Of a stretch of 64,000 bases of DNA, positions 44,657 to 58,920 are shown piece by piece. Positions within the stretch are counted from its first letter, which is position 1; the number at the start of each line of letters is the position of its first letter. Under the pieces are notes generated by a model that searched no databases, was not told where the DNA came from, and was given only the letters and a program-made list of their open reading frames with translations. The translations under genes were made by a program, and so were the position numbers. The stretch spans positions 440,475 to 504,474 of the forward strand of contig CAJINV010000019.1 in assembly GCA_905178155.1 (NCBI GenBank), in the 5' to 3' direction. This DNA is from Amoebophrya sp. A120. Taxonomy: Eukaryota; Protista; Dinoflagellata.

Positions 44657-47600
44657 AGTGTTGTGATTTTTGGTTGTTTGTTCACGTGCAGAGGATGATC
44701 AGGTTTGGTTTCAATATAGTATTAAGCGTCCCTGCGCTCGTCCACCGTTTCCTGGCGGTGCAGCCGCGTCAGCGCACGGAGAGCTGTTCGAGAACTTCCT
44801 GCGTCGTCGCTGGTGCGGGCTTGGTATTCCAATAGTCTGGATGTTGAACAGAAATGCCTTGGAAGTAGAGTTCCTACTTCACACGACGTTTGACGCTGCG
44901 AAAGAAGCACCGCGGCAGGAGTCGTGTATGCCACGCCCGGTTGAACAAACTTGTTCCGTGGTGCTGTGCGAAGCAGGTGAAATCGGCTACGACGTCTTGC
45001 AGAAAGACCCAGCTCTTCCGTTCTCCCGGTCGTGTCTGAAATCGCTAACAGTGTCGCGATGAGTTTCCTTTGCAATCGCTTGTTCTGATGAACCGGCAGA
45101 ATTTCCGGTCGTGTCCGGGTGGAAACTTGTTGGGCTGTAGTACTTTTTATTCCGCACGAACACTGACCGATCCCCGCGTGTGCCTGTCCGCCTGCTGGAC
45201 AGGTAGTTTTGCAGGAGCTTGGTATTCGTACCTACCGCACGCTCGGATCGCTGCTCTTCGCCACTGTCACGCGGCTCTCTTGCTTCCGGCAGCGAACGGC
45301 AAGTCGCCCTCGCCGGTGTCGGCCGAGCGAGTCCTTCTTTCCCACTTCTCTTGCTGGAGGCAACTTGCACGCTGGAGGCAACTTGCACGCCGGTCCGTGT
45401 ACGAGTACTCCAACAGGGTGTGCAGCGCTTGCGGCTGAGAAACACTCACAGATTCTGCCCGGTCCGTCGGTCAAGACGCGACTCCGTCGATGCACGGTGA
45501 TGCTGGAGCAATTTTTTCCTTCCTAGCCGTTTTTATTTGCTATACTCTTCTGCGGATAAGAAAGTGCACGGAACAGTGGTGCTCCACGAAATAGCTACAG
45601 GGTACGCTAGCGGACAGCTCTCTTGCTTTGCCTCGACTTGCTTCCGGAGTATTGATCGCGCCGCAGTTCATGCTCGCAATTGATCTACTTCTTCAGCCAA
45701 CTCAGTCTCAAAAGTAAAACGCTGCATCTGGAGGGGATCACGCTGCCGGCGTTTGAAGTGCTCTCCGAAAAAAAAAACTCTCATGCACCACTGTGTGTGC
45801 CACGTGCCAGTCCAGCCTGTGCAAGCCAGCACCTGCTGGGGATTAAAACACTAAAAACAAAGGCGCAAAAAGGTGCATGCGCAAAACGCTGCCGTGAGAA
45901 ACATCGCGCGCATGCAGTGTCAGTTGTCTGTCATGATGGAGCAACAGGGCCGCTGGAGAAAAGCGCCAAGAAAGGTCAAGCCGGCGGAGTGGCGCTCCGC
46001 TGGCGAACGCGCTTGCGACCGCGCAAGCGCCGGGTGGGCCCACGCCCTGGGGGCCAGGCCGCGGGAATCCAAAAGGCGGAGGCGTAACGGCGCAACGAGA
46101 GGGCCGCCCTTTTTGCCAGGGGGGCCGGGGTTGTGACAGCACGGCGCCACCGCCGCACTGCTTCGGCGGCGCGCCGAGGCGCGCGGCCCGCGTGCATGCT
46201 TCGGATTCGGCCGGCCGCTCCGCGTCCTCCTTCGCTGGTCACTTCATCAAGACGCGGCGGCGCTTGCGGTGAAACCGCGCAACGTGCGCCGCTTTGGTCC
46301 GCCTTTGCGGCCGCCCCGACGGGCGCGCTTCCTTGCCGTCCGCAGACGAGCAAAACGGACAAAGCGCGCGCCCGCCCGAACTAATGAAGCGGCAGGCGGG
46401 CGGCAGGCGGGCCCGCTATGTGCCGCGCCTTGGCCTAACCGCCCGGGGCCCCCCTGCTGGCCCGGCCGTGAAACAGCCCCGCGGCGCCTCCCGCGCTAGC
46501 AGAAAACACCGGGCGGGCCGCCGAGGCCCCTGACTCTGGCCTGCGGGCCTTTTGACGGGGGCGGCCGGCGGAGGGCCGGCCTGGCGCGGGGGCCTTGCCG
46601 GCTAGGCCGGCGGCCTCCAAAGGGGCGCGGGGCTCGGCGAGCTCCTCTTTTCCAGCTCGGTGGACCGCGCGCGCTGAGTGGCCCAGCGGAGAAGCCCACG
46701 CCACGAGGGCGCGCCAAGCTTCTTGGAGAGGCTGGGCACCAGCAGGGCCCGCAAGCGGCGCAACTGCTCGAGCGCCTCCAGCTGCTTCGGGCGCGGATCC
46801 ATTCGCGCCGCTGCCGCTATTCCCTGCGCAACCTCGCGTCACCCGGCAGCGGCGGCCCGTTCGGGCACGCGTTTTCTTACTGCGTACGGCATCGGACCGG
46901 CATAAACTCTGGCCTCTCAGTAGCACTTTTGAACCAAAAAGCGGCCCGCCGCTCAGTAGAACATCCACAAACGCCAAACGGCCCACATAAGTTGAACCAA
47001 AGTCCGCAGCTCCTGCCTTATGAATCTTGTCGAGTTTCATCAAGTCGCGACTTTTCTTTTCAGTTCCAGTTCTGCTCGACCGGCAGAGTTTTCGTACAAG
47101 GGTAGAATCAATTCACATTCTTGCTCTTCAGAGTGGTCATTCTGGAAGGGAAACAAGGGATATCAAAGCTTGAAATAGAAGTAGTCCTTTTACAGTTCAG
47201 ACGGCGGCAGACGACCACAATGCATTCTGCTGCTCAGAAGTCGCCGCCCCCGTAAGCACTTTGTAGAAGCAAGAGGTAGCTATCGGAAAATTGGTTTGTA
47301 GAAAGTTCATCCAGCAAACAGCGATAGAAATACAGTTCGGGGGATTTCTATTTTCATTACAAAAGCATTATTTGTAGGCGTGCTGCTCCTGTTTTTTTTT
47401 CCCGATGCTTATCCCGCTCCACGTTTTTCTTCTCCCGACAGCTACACGCGTCTTTCTACATACTGGGAAACAACTTAGTCACGAATTCTAGGATTTTGTC
47501 AACTTATCACCAATTGTAAACAACTTTGCTTTGACAAAGTGAGGAAAGCTGAGCGATCTAGCGGAAACGTATTTTTGAAAATTACAGGTAAAAGAATTGC

Positions 47601-48026
47601 TGGGATTGCTAGTTCTGGCGAGAAGCAAGCGGAGAGGCGCAGCAATCTCGAAGATATCAATCTACGTAATCATCAGACTGCCAATCTGCCTCCCGCTGCT
47701 CCTCTTTTTGCGCGGGGTGGCCGGCCCCGCGCGGAGTAGTGCTAGATGAATTTCGGCTCTATCTTTAGATGAATTCTTGGTACAAGCCGGTCAAGGCCGG
47801 AAGAATAAGTGTCTTCTCACCGGCAAAAGTTCTAGGAGTTCTAACTGAGCGTAAATCAATGCGAAACCTCGAAACCTGCTGGTACTAGCTTAGAGTCCTC
47901 GAAACCTACTACTTTGCTTTTGGATAAGTATTGGATTGTTGCGTAAACGAAAACGAAAATTTGGATAATATTGGGTTGCTTTCACCAAATGCTCCTCGAA
48001 GTAGAAAATCCATCGAGCAGACATGT

Positions 48027-51000
48027 TTACTGTTCCCAGTCCCTAGATCGGGGGAGCGAAAAAGTGGTCGCTCGTCGCCCACCGATCCTCGTCCCGACTT
48101 GGTCGTCGGTGGGACAAAATTTCCCGACTCAAGGGTCTACCGCGCAAACCGTACCCGTCCCTGCTGTGACTGTAGTGCCCGCCGCCAACTGAAATTTTGT
48201 TTGTGTCACTTCTTTATACGCACATGACATCAAGATTTGCTCGCGACGTATGGGTTAAACTTAAACTTGAATCAATTTCATGCTCGCCTGCATGACAAAA
48301 TAAATCTATACGTCCATCCCGACTGGTGACGCCGTCCCGGCTGGACAGAATGGCGTGGTTCAGATCCCGGGTTTATCGTGTGTAAATGAGTCCCCATCCC
48401 AGAGTTCGGCGTCATGCAAAAGTGAATACCTAAAAACTTTCGCGTGCGCAGTTCCAAGAGAAGCACTTTCTACTAGTGGAGTTCTGCAATTTGTCATGCA
48501 CTAATCAGGAAAAATATATCCAAACACGGCTACTTACAATAGGTGTCCAAATTTGTCATGCGGGGCGCGTAAATTTTTCTGGATTTGTGTGGGGCAAAAA
48601 ATCTATTTTTCTATTGACTTTTGGTTGCCATCATCTTGATTACAAAGTCGTCGTGGGGACATTTTTACAAAGGATAGGCTTGGCGGCAGGGAGTAGAGTG
48701 GCTGATTTGCCTGCAAATTCGACCAGTGATCATCCCAATCGTTTCCGCTGTTCCCCGATTCTTGTCCCAGCATGCCGGGATGGTTTCCCCCAATCCGGTT
48801 TCGCCCATGCTGGTCGATGTGGGGCAGGACCCGGTTGCCCGGATTGCTACTGCTGTCTCGGTATCAACTGCAAAAAAATCGACGCACGCGTCCAAGAAAT
48901 TATTGCAGACACGGCATGACAGACATCGTTTCTTTATCTTTCCTCAACCTCATCCAGCATAATGCAACTTCTCATAAGTTGAGAAACGAACTTGCTATGC
49001 AACCCCTCCTAGATGTGCGATTCTTTTGATGCAATGCATACTCGGTAGGGCAGCGGGTAGGAGTTGGGATTGGAGTCCAGGTTGTGGTTGCCCAAATCGT
49101 GGTGCCCGAAATTGTTGCTGTTCAGATTCGGGTCCCCGCGCATGAGCATCTGCTCCTTCTGCAAGTAGTGCGCGGCCGACTTGTTGCTGGACTGCACGTT
49201 CATAGCGGAGAGATGGGAGTTCGGATGGTTGCTGTTCGAGTTGCTGTTTATGTTCCCGAAATCGTGGTTCCTGGTTGACCGCAGATGTGAATTCGCGTTG
49301 GAGAGATTCGAAATCTTCTTCGATTTGCTCCCGCGACTAGAACTGGAGGACGGCTGGGCGCCGCCGTGGCCGTCGTTGTCCATCAGGTTGTCGGTGTCCG
49401 CCATCAGATTGGTGGTTCTTCGCGACGATTTCTTCGGGTTTTTCGATTTCCGCAAGACGGTCTGGGTTTGCGACTGCGAGGGGCCGCTGGACCCGGTGCC
49501 CACCCCCGGAACGCCGCTGTCGGCGTTGCTGCTCTGCAGGCCGAAGGCGTTTTGCCCGGCGCGGCTGGTCGAGCTCATCTGCTGATGCACAATGTTCGGT
49601 GGGTGCATCGGCTGGTGCCCCGAGGGCTTCAGCGGCATCGAACTGCTCGTTTCAACGTGCGCCCCCGGGCCGCCGCCGGTATTCGCGTTCGCGTCGTGCT
49701 GTGCTGCGGGGTTCCCGGTGCCGTAGGGGAAGGGCGGCTCGGTCGGGAACATCGGCCCACCGCCGGTGCCCCCGTCGAAATCCTCCGTGTTGCTGCCGCC
49801 GTAGGGGTATTCGAAAGGAGCTGTTTTTTGGGTGGAGTGTTTGAGGAAAATTTTTCGGGAACTTTCATCATCATCTTCTGCACGTTGACAAAATGCAACG
49901 AAATCATACGTGTCAATCATGCAAGACAAACTTGTCGCAGCATCACCAGCATTCTGCAAATTTTTAGTACTTCCGTCGAACTTCTGGGCGTTGCCATGGC
50001 CGTGGCTCGTGCTTGGGTTACTCCTGCTGTATGGGACTTCAAAGGCTTCTCGTCCGTAGTATGCGTCGCTTCCCTTTGCACCGCCGGCCTTGTGCGCGGC
50101 GTGGCCCTGCGGCATTTCATTTGCACAATTATTTTTGATTCGTCCAAAAATCGAGGCTTGTTATGCTCGCGGCTTGTTCTTCTTCCTATATCGCTACCAA
50201 AACCGGTACGACGAAATCTTCCCTGTAAAAGTAAATGTACAGCTCCCGCGTGACAGACCAAAGCAAAGCACAAGAAAACACAGTACATGCGAGGCCGCGT
50301 TGCCTTGCGGATAGAAGCCACTGCTGGTTGCCGCCATTCCCGGCTCCTGAAACTGAAACTTCTTTTTCGAGCCCGATGTTGTTTTTGTTCGTTCTCTTTC
50401 TGGCGAGTCCATTACCGTCATCTTGGAAGATTTCGGTCGCAGTTCGTCGAACCTGTTGTGAGAAAAGACTGTTGCCATGCAAATTTCTTTCGCTATCAGA
50501 CAGAAGCTGTAAGAATCGCACTTATGTACAGTGGCTAAACAAATTCTGCTGAGATGAAACAGCACCGACTATTTTTTACATTGGGTGCGCAACCGCCTGT
50601 GCCCCGTCGAGTCGGTCCCTTGGCTCCACACTATGGATCAGAAAAATTCCGAGTTGGAGTTCAAACTGATGCACAAACACAATCTGTCGAAAAAAGAAAA
50701 ACCACCTTTGTCATGCTGGAATGGATAAGCCACATCTGAAAAAGCCTCCTTTGTTATGCACAGAGCTACTGACACGACACGCGTTTGCACTTTGATGACT
50801 TCCAACCCAGACTTTTTCCTGCGTACATCTTCAATACGCACTTCATAAAGTTCATCCAGGACCGTTTTGGTATCTTGCCAACGTACCTAATTTCAAAAGG
50901 CCCAAATTTGTAAGATTTGCAAAGCAATATACCGCATCTAGACAAAAACTGGCCTACGCAAAAAAAGATGCTCTGCATTTTCGTACATTAATATGCATCA

Positions 51001-52261
51001 AAAACGACCCCACATCAACAATCAGTATACCTCTTTTCCAGGGTCTCTGGCTTGCTCATGTCCGGGAACTTCAATCCCATGAAGCGTGGATTCCGCATGA
51101 ACATTTCCATTTGTTCCGGTGTAATTGCGCCCAGCATCTTCTGGATGATGAACAACTGGTCTATTTCTGTCTCGCCGGGGAACAAGGGCTGCCCGTCGAG
51201 AATCTCCCCCATAATGCACCCGATCGCCCAGATGTCCACGGGTTTCCCGTAGCGGGTCGACCCCAGCAACAGCTCGGGGGCGCGGTACCACCTTCGATTG
51301 ATCATTTGACAATAAACTTGATAAACTTCGGATGCAACGAGAAAGAGAAACTGCAATTAATTATAACTTGGTCTCGGTAATAAACGCACTTGTGCATCAT
51401 CATCTTTGGGTTTGTCCTAGAACATCACAAAAGAGTCGGTACTGCTCCAGCTCACAAAACAACAAGTACCTTGTCGCTACGTAATCTGTTAACTCGCTGC
51501 TACTGGTCTTGCTCATTGTTCGGGCGAACCCGAAGTCGCACAGCTTCAAAGACCGGTCTTCCATGTTCATGAGCAAATTCTCCGGCTTGATGTCACGGTG
51601 TATCACGTCGTGCGCGTGGCAGTACTCTATTGCCTTTACCAGTTGCCAGACGATCAGCGTGACGGTTTCCGGCTCGATACCGTTGGGAAACATTTCCAGC
51701 ACCTCCAGCAGATTTTTGTCTACGAACTCGAAAACCAGATACCTGTTTAGTTTTTTGCAGAAGCGACTCGGTTACGAATCTTCTTCCGGAGCATGACAAA
51801 GTTCGAGACCAGCATGATCTCTACTTCCCGTCATTTTGATGTTGAGCAAATATGCATGACAAAAAACCACTCTTCTACAGTTTCCCCTTTCGTCTGAACG
51901 CCTCCTTCAGCTGCACGATGTTTTCTTGCCGCAGCATCCGGAGCATCTTCACCTCCCGCAGCGTCGTTTTCCGCACGATGTCATCGTCTTCGGACTCTTT
52001 GAACTTCTTAATCGCGACGAGTTCCCCCGTCTCCTTGTTTTATGCAATACAAATTTCCCGCACATGTACAAGATGCATCACAAATTTTACCAATTTAGGG
52101 CGTAGCACTTGTCGTGCTAAACTAGGTTCGGCGCCAAGTTTTGCCATGCAGAGACCGCATTTGTACGCGTACGGGAAATTTACTGTGGATATGTTTTGGC
52201 ACTTCAGCACGACACCGTAGGCGCCCTCGCCCACCACGCCGACCACCTCGTACTTGTTCAT
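48027..52261 (-). CDS. Cyclin-dependent kinase-like (CDKL5/LF5-type) kinase with long disordered tail
   Basis: [57 protein letters not shown]. 3' end approximate and one tail junction unresolved. Confidence 0.92.
48374..48676. mobile_element. Introner non-canonical intron (TATCCT family)
   Basis: DR GGGTT/GGCTT. Confidence 0.85.
48862..49040. mobile_element. Introner non-canonical intron
   Basis: Perfect DR CTCGG. Confidence 0.87.
50632..50825. mobile_element. Introner non-canonical intron (degenerate)
   Basis: DR CACAC/CATCT; restores LKMEPRDRL. Confidence 0.72.
52041..52191. mobile_element. Introner non-canonical intron
   Basis: Perfect DR TGTTT; restores [16 protein letters not shown]. 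Confidence 0.9.
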
Positions 52262-55200
52262 CTTGGACGACTCTGGCGGGGGTGGAGGGATTTGTTCAAA
52301 AGAAGTGGCGGTTCTTTATTTGCAGTCCTTGTCCTCACACCTCTCTGTCGTGCTAGTGGAGCGAAAAATCGTCAACCAGTAGGTCGTTGCAAAAGTAGCT
52401 CCAGCTGCTGGGTTTTTGAACCTGCAGGGTTGTTCTCGTAATTCCGGCTGGACGTGCGGGCAGCTGCTTCTGGGCGGGGGCAGCTAAAATGCTGACGGGT
52501 ACAAAGCGAACTCGGTCATTGCTTTCAATAAATTAGGATGAACAGACTGGCAGCTGGTATTTTTCTTCTGTCATTATGCTGCTCTGCCCGTACTTGCGAT
52601 TATATTTCATGAGTAGGCTCGTCGCTCTTTAGGGACGAGAAGTCAGTCTGCTTCTTCTGGAGAAACTTTGATTCAAGAATACGCATTAACTCGATAGTGC
52701 GCAACAATGTCGAGGATAACTTTCCGATTGTTCCGATAGAGACAACGGCCGGGCGCCGACGAGTCTGCTTTGTTCGACAGTGTCTCAAACGACGGACAGC
52801 AACGAAGACGAAGAGACACACGAACGCAGAAAACGAAAACTCACTCAACAAAGTTCCGATATTTGCGCTCAAGAACCAGTCTCCGTTTCCAACAGGCTGC
52901 TCATTGGCGTCTTCACTCATCCGTGGTAGCACGACGCGCACACAGAAAAACTCGCTATTCATTGCGCAGATGTACATCGATTTACACCTGCTCAACATCT
53001 TCCATTGTGGTCGAACACTACTTGCGATCTTCGTCCAGCTTCTGCTGCGATTTCTGCTTGTGCAAACTGTACAACCGAACAAGCACCGCAACATCGAATA
53101 TCAATCATTTGAAACTAGTGCTCGACCTTGAAGACAACTACTGCTCCGCGTATGGTTTTCCTCGGTTTATTTGGTAGTGCACCAAGTACAAGAAGCCACT
53201 TCTCCTTCTCTTCCGATAGAAAAATGTTGTAGCCCATGGACCTATCGGTGGTTCTCCGTGGACCTGTTCAGGCGAAAATTGATTTTTTTCCGCGTAGCAA
53301 CTACTGGCGGCGTTAATCTGAATCACCAACATAATTTTGCGCTTGTTTCTTTTAAATACTTACGAGGGGCCATGCGATCGCCTTAAGTGCAGATGTCAGT
53401 GCGTAAAAGTGCCGCGAGAACACCATGCCCGTGCTGTGGAGCAACGGCAACACAGAAGGACTTTTCAAGTGCAGTCGTCATCTGTCACCACGCGTCTGCT
53501 TCTGCTATTTGCCACAGAAGGTCGTACCATCTGCCACCAATCCGGAAGCTTGTGCATAACATTCTTCGACACCTCCACCAGGTATCCGCTCCACCCGTTC
53601 TCCACGATTCCCGGCTTCTCCACGCAGCACAGAGCCTCCTCGCCCGGGCACCCGATTTCCGCGGGCTGAGGGAGGGCGTTAGCGATGCCTTTCGTCAGCC
53701 GCGGCGCGTTGTCATTTGCCTTCGCCTGGCCGGTGGCGGTTTGTCCCCCGGTGCAGGCCGGCGGTGAGCCCGTTGGACTTCTTGTGTCTTCGACTGCGTG
53801 TTGCGTCCAGAACGTCGTCTTCGCCCGATCGTCAAGAGGTGGCTTTTGCTACACGTACCATCAAGCGTTGCGCATGACAAGTTGGGGCCTGCAGTGTCGT
53901 CCTGTTTCAAAAAGCTAGCGCTGCTATATCATCATCATCATTTATCCTGCACTAGGGGGGACGTGCGGAGGGGTATCCTGATTCTGCCACGACAAACTGC
54001 CAGACCGCATCACGAAAAGGTCCTCATGCACGACATCGTGACCAAAAAGCGCACCGTCTTCGACTCCACGGCGCAAACGGCTTCGGTAGAGTCCTTCATC
54101 AACAGCCCAGGCCTAGTAGAATCAGGAGCGGCAGAAGCAATTGGCCCCGATGGAGTTGCGTCGGAATTTTCTTTCCTGCCCTTGGCGGGGCGACGGAAAC
54201 CGGACGCATAATCATGAGCAGCGCGCTTCCCGGCGCTATGTCTCTGCGGGTCGCGGAGCCAGCCCCGCGAGGACCTTTATGGCCCCCGCGGCAGAGTTTC
54301 GGTGAACGGATACCGCCCAGGCAGCCCTAATCCGCCCGCAACGACGGCGAAGGAAGGCACATGACCACTGCCCGGGCCTCCAGAAGGCTCCCCATCGGGC
54401 ATCGGGGCCCCGCCGTCGCCGTCGCCTATGTCCAATATAAAATATTTTAGGAAGTCCTTAAAAATCCAGCCGAAATCTGCCCGCGTTTCTCCCATCGGCT
54501 TTCCGTGGTCGGAAGAGGATGATCAGGCCTTAACAGAGCTTCCCACAGAATGAGAATCAGCCAAACTTCTGAGCTAGAGCACCCATACAAGTATCAGCTT
54601 CGCTCATACAATTTCCATATTTTCTGGAATTGAGAAAAATTGTGCTACACTGGGTCTAATTGAAGTTGGCTGATGGAGAGATACAGCATAGCTATGATAT
54701 ACTCCGCTACAATTGATTGACTATGCTCCTTCATTATGCATATTCACCACATTGAAAAAAATAGGACTTTTTTCGTTTTTTTCCATGTCTGAGATTTTTC
54801 ATAAAATTAGTTGCATAATTTGCACAAGCCATGACAGTTGACCACGATACTGTATTCCGTTGCATTGTATTGATTTTCAAGCTGATGCCCGTTGAATTTT
54901 TATCAGTTTTCAATAAAGTCAATTTTTTGTGATTTTTTTGAGTTTTTCCATGTTTGGAAAAATTCGCAAAATTTAATGACTTTCAATGTTACAATTAAAC
55001 AAAATGCAGCAGTTGGCTTCATTGTGACAAATCATCTTGCTTAATTTGCATCTTTTCTGGGTTGATTTCCACGCAGAAGAAATTTTGTACTTTTTTTGAT
55101 TTTTTGCAATTTGAGAGAATTTACTCATTTTTGCAAAATCTATGATGTTCAATAGCAACATCACAAAAAGATCTTAAAGAATATAGGTGAGCTTTCAGAT

Positions 55201-57259
55201 TTGATAAATTTTCTCCGAACATCCACCACTCAGCACGCCACACCTCTCAAGATTTTTTTTTGATTTTTTCCAGTATTTGGAGCTTCTTGTGATTATTTCA
55301 ATAGAGAGCACTTGTGTAATACAAGAAAAGGATAATAATATGCAAACTGATCCAATTTATACTCCTTTTAGATTGGCTGCATGCGCGTGAGCCTGCCGAA
55401 TGCGCGGGGTTTGATTGGCCCAGGCGTGGCCAAGGTCGCGGCCGTCTGGTGTGCTGGGTGGGCCTGCGGGGTCGCAGGGGCGGGCACACTTGCCCGGGGC
55501 GGAGGGCCGCCGCTGGGGCGGTCCGCGGAAGGCGTTCGGAGGGTGCAGCCCCTCCTGTTCCAGGCGTGCCGCATGCGGCTGCCCCGATTTGCCTGTAGGG
55601 GCATGCCAGGCTCCATCCCTGGTTGCCAGGGTGCGGCCTTGGCATCTTGTTGCGATCCGGTCGCTCCGTGCCACACGGAAGCGCGACCGCCGGCCGTCCA
55701 GGCCTGTGGTCTGGCGGCGGTTTTGTATGTTTGGGCAGCAGGGAAAGCTGCTCCTGGGACACTGGTTTGTGCCCAGGACGGTTTTCTTGGTAGGGATTCG
55801 CCTCCCTCCCCCACTGCAGGCGCCGGTCTATTGTGCAAAGACCGGAAGGGGCGGTACGTTCATGAGGAACGCGCCCCCGTCGTTGGTTGATTGGCTGTAG
55901 CATCGGCGCGACGATGCGGCTGATCGCTCCTATGCGTTGGAGCCCCCCGGTGCGATGGGGATTTTTGTGCGTTATGCGTCTGTGGTAGACGCGCCTCGCT
56001 TCGAGGCTTCGCAGCCCAAGGTAGGCTTGCGTCGATTTCGGGCTCCGGTCTGATGCAGCTTGCGCTGCTTGCGGCGCCGCGCGCGCATGATTTGCAGCCT
56101 GTGGTAGGCTTGCGGTGATTTCTGCCTCCGGGCCGAGGCTTGTGCGATGCCTGCGCCGCTTGCAGCGTGTGGTAGGCGGACGCCGGTTCGTTGCTCCGGT
56201 GCGAATCTCGAGCGGCTTCCTGCATGCTGGTAATGTGTACAGCCTATGACAGGCGTGCGTCGGCTTTTGCCTTCGGATCGGGGCTTGTGCGGCGGCTTGT
56301 AGTCCGCTTGCACGGTTGCGCACAGGTGCTGCCGATGAGAGGGATGCAAGGCACCCGCCAATTTGCGACCGGGCCCTTTTCGCGCATCCGGTTCGTGGCT
56401 ACTCTAGTCTGCCCGGGGCTGGCATTGATTTCCGCCTCCGGCCTAAGGCCGGCGCCACTCGCGGGCAGGTTGTGTACGGCGGCCCGGCGCCCGGCGATGA
56501 GAGCAATGGATGCGTGCACGAGAATGCCCGCGTGCGGCCTCGGCTATTCGACCCGCTCGCCCCGCGCGGCGACGGTGCTCTGCTTTACGTGGTTGCGCAG
56601 CATCTTGGCGCTGCGTTCAGGTTTCGTCGGCCCGGGACGGCCATGAAGCTTAGTCGCGCCTCTGGCCGGCGACTGCTTCTGCTTCTGGCCATGCCGCGTG
56701 ATGCGGATGGCGCGGCTTGGTGGCGACGAGCGTCGCTCCCGAGGTGGGTCGGTCGGGCTCGGCTCAGGCCGGGCTCACCCCACGCGGGCGCGCGGCGTTT
56801 GCGCTTCGGTGCGAAGCTGTTGCGACCGACCTACGTCGGGAGCGGCACTTCGTCGCCACCTTGCCTTGCTCCTGCGCCCACCTGCTTTGGAAGGGCTTCT
56901 CGGTTGGCGCAGATAGCACTCCCGGCGTTGCTGCTGATGCTGCCACTGCTCCCAAGGTGGGGGCCCGCTGTACGTACGGCGCCAGGGCACTGTGCCTGTT
57001 GTAGTTGCGCGGCAGCGCTGCAGGCATCGGATGGCACTGCATATCGCGGCACCGCAGCGGCGGGTCCGCGGGAGATTGGGTTCGGAGATGCAGTGTTGCT
57101 CTCCCCCCGACGTTTACGTGTCCGTAGGGTGTGCCTGGTGCGCCCCTGCGGATAGCGATTGCGCCACTCGCTTTCCGCGCCGGCGGCGAGAATGAGTGGA
57201 TCCAGTTTGCTGACATTGCAAGGTGCGCCGTCGCATGCGCGCAGGTTGTCTGGGTTGGC

Positions 57260-58920
57260 GACGAGCTCCGCTTCCGAGGCGGGTCGGTCGGGTTCAGCTC
57301 CGGCTGAACTCACCCCGCACGGTTGCTGGTGCTTGGTCGCGAGGACGCCTCGCGTGGCCTGCTTCGGAAGCGACGCTTCGTCGCCATCGCTTTGGGCGCG
57401 CGCATGCGAAGCGCGCGGCGCGCACTTTGCTTGTCGCACTAGGAAGGTGCTATGGCTGCCAGTTGATGGCAGCCGCTGCCACGATCGATCTTTTGACGAG
57501 CACTTCCGCCCGGAAGAGCGTGGTGGCGGTGGGGTGTCGGGGGCTCGGCCGCCCCCCTCTTCCGTTCGGAAGAGCTCGGTGGCTATGGTTCCCCACCGCC
57601 GGGTCGCGGCCGCTGAAGCCGCTCCGGCCTCTGGTGTTCGCGTTCGGGCGAGCGCGATCTCGCTTCGGCGACGCCTTCGGGCGCTGTGCTCTTTTGGGAC
57701 CAGACGGTCCTGCGACTGGCTCAAGGCTGGAGCCAATAAAATATACTGGTCGTTCATAGGGAGGTACCTATAGGCAAAGTTTTGGGATGTTTGTCAAAAG
57801 CAGCCTCTTTTTCATCTCAATGGTTGTGCTTAATCTGGGCGATGAAAAACCACTGCAAAACCAGTGCTAGGCTGGTTGCCAATGATATTTTTTATCAGCT
57901 TTTGGGGCCTGGGCACCGCCGCCGCCGTCCGTGTATGCCGTCGGTTTTCGGAGGTGGTAAGACCTGGGGGGCCGCTTCAGGCGTTTCTCACCAGCTTCGC
58001 CCGTCTGGGCGGTGGAAAACCACTGCAAAACCAGTGCTGGGCTGGTTATCAGTGCTATTCTCTATCAGCTTTGGGGGCCTGGGCACCGCCGCCGCCGTCT
58101 TTGCAGGCCGCCGGTTGTCGGAGGTGGTAAGACCCGGGAAGGGGGGCCGCTCTCCAGGCGTTTCTCACCCGCTTCGCGCGATCGCAACAGGGTGCAAGAC
58201 CACTACTAAAAGGGCGCTGGTTGCTTTTTTTTTTACCCGACCCGGGGGCCGTGCCGCGGCGGGCCAGGTGCGCGATTTCCTCGGTGTTTTTAAAGTTGGG
58301 CCCTTGGGATGCACCTTGGCGGTTTTTGTAGCCCTTCCGCGCGTGTTGATGGGCACAAGACCCTACGCAACGCGCCCCACTGCGTGGCGGGCTACCCTGT
58401 GCGTGCGCCTTATCACCACCGGCCAGAAGAGCCGCGGAAGCTTCATTGGGTCCGGCCCCGGCAAACTCGTCCGCCGGGCCGCCTTGTCCCGAGCGAGCAC
58501 AACGCAGGAAGGCAGCACCGACGCGCAGTCTCGGCTGCCCGAACGATAGCACGCGAAGGCCTGGAGGATACAGAGGCGCTTGCCGGCGGTGGGGCACTAT
58601 AGCCGGCGACCTCATGCGCACAGAGAACAGAGGCGGCCCAGCCCCACCGCCGCTACGCTCGTGCGGGTGGAAGTTCTTGGCGCACGTGCAAGCGCAGGTG
58701 CAAAGCCACGATTGCCGACGGTGTGCGATCTGCTGCCGTCACGGCAACACCCAGCAACCCGGAATAGACAGCGAGGCCTTTCGGCCGCAGAGGAGGCGAC
58801 GCAGCCTCACTGCCGATCCCGGGGCCGTTGCCGACCGGAACTTGGCGAGCACAGGCGCTAGCAACAGTGTCGGGTGAGTCCAGCCTGGGCTGGACACGAC
58901 TGGCCCATCTCGGAAGCCAA
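57260..58920. repeat. Degenerate ~370-bp inverted arms enclosing a ~170-bp direct duplication
   Basis: About 57260-57630 is an imperfect inverse of about 58555-58920; AAAACCACTGCAAAACCAGTGCT...GGAGGTGGTAAGACC occurs at ~57846 and ~58016. Confidence 0.65.

Noticed and set aside
45267-45449. BTB-like peptide ALHTLLEYSYTD upstream of the Kelch-BTB gene
   Set aside because: Short, preceded by an in-frame stop, and cannot be linked by splicing; probably chance or a relic.
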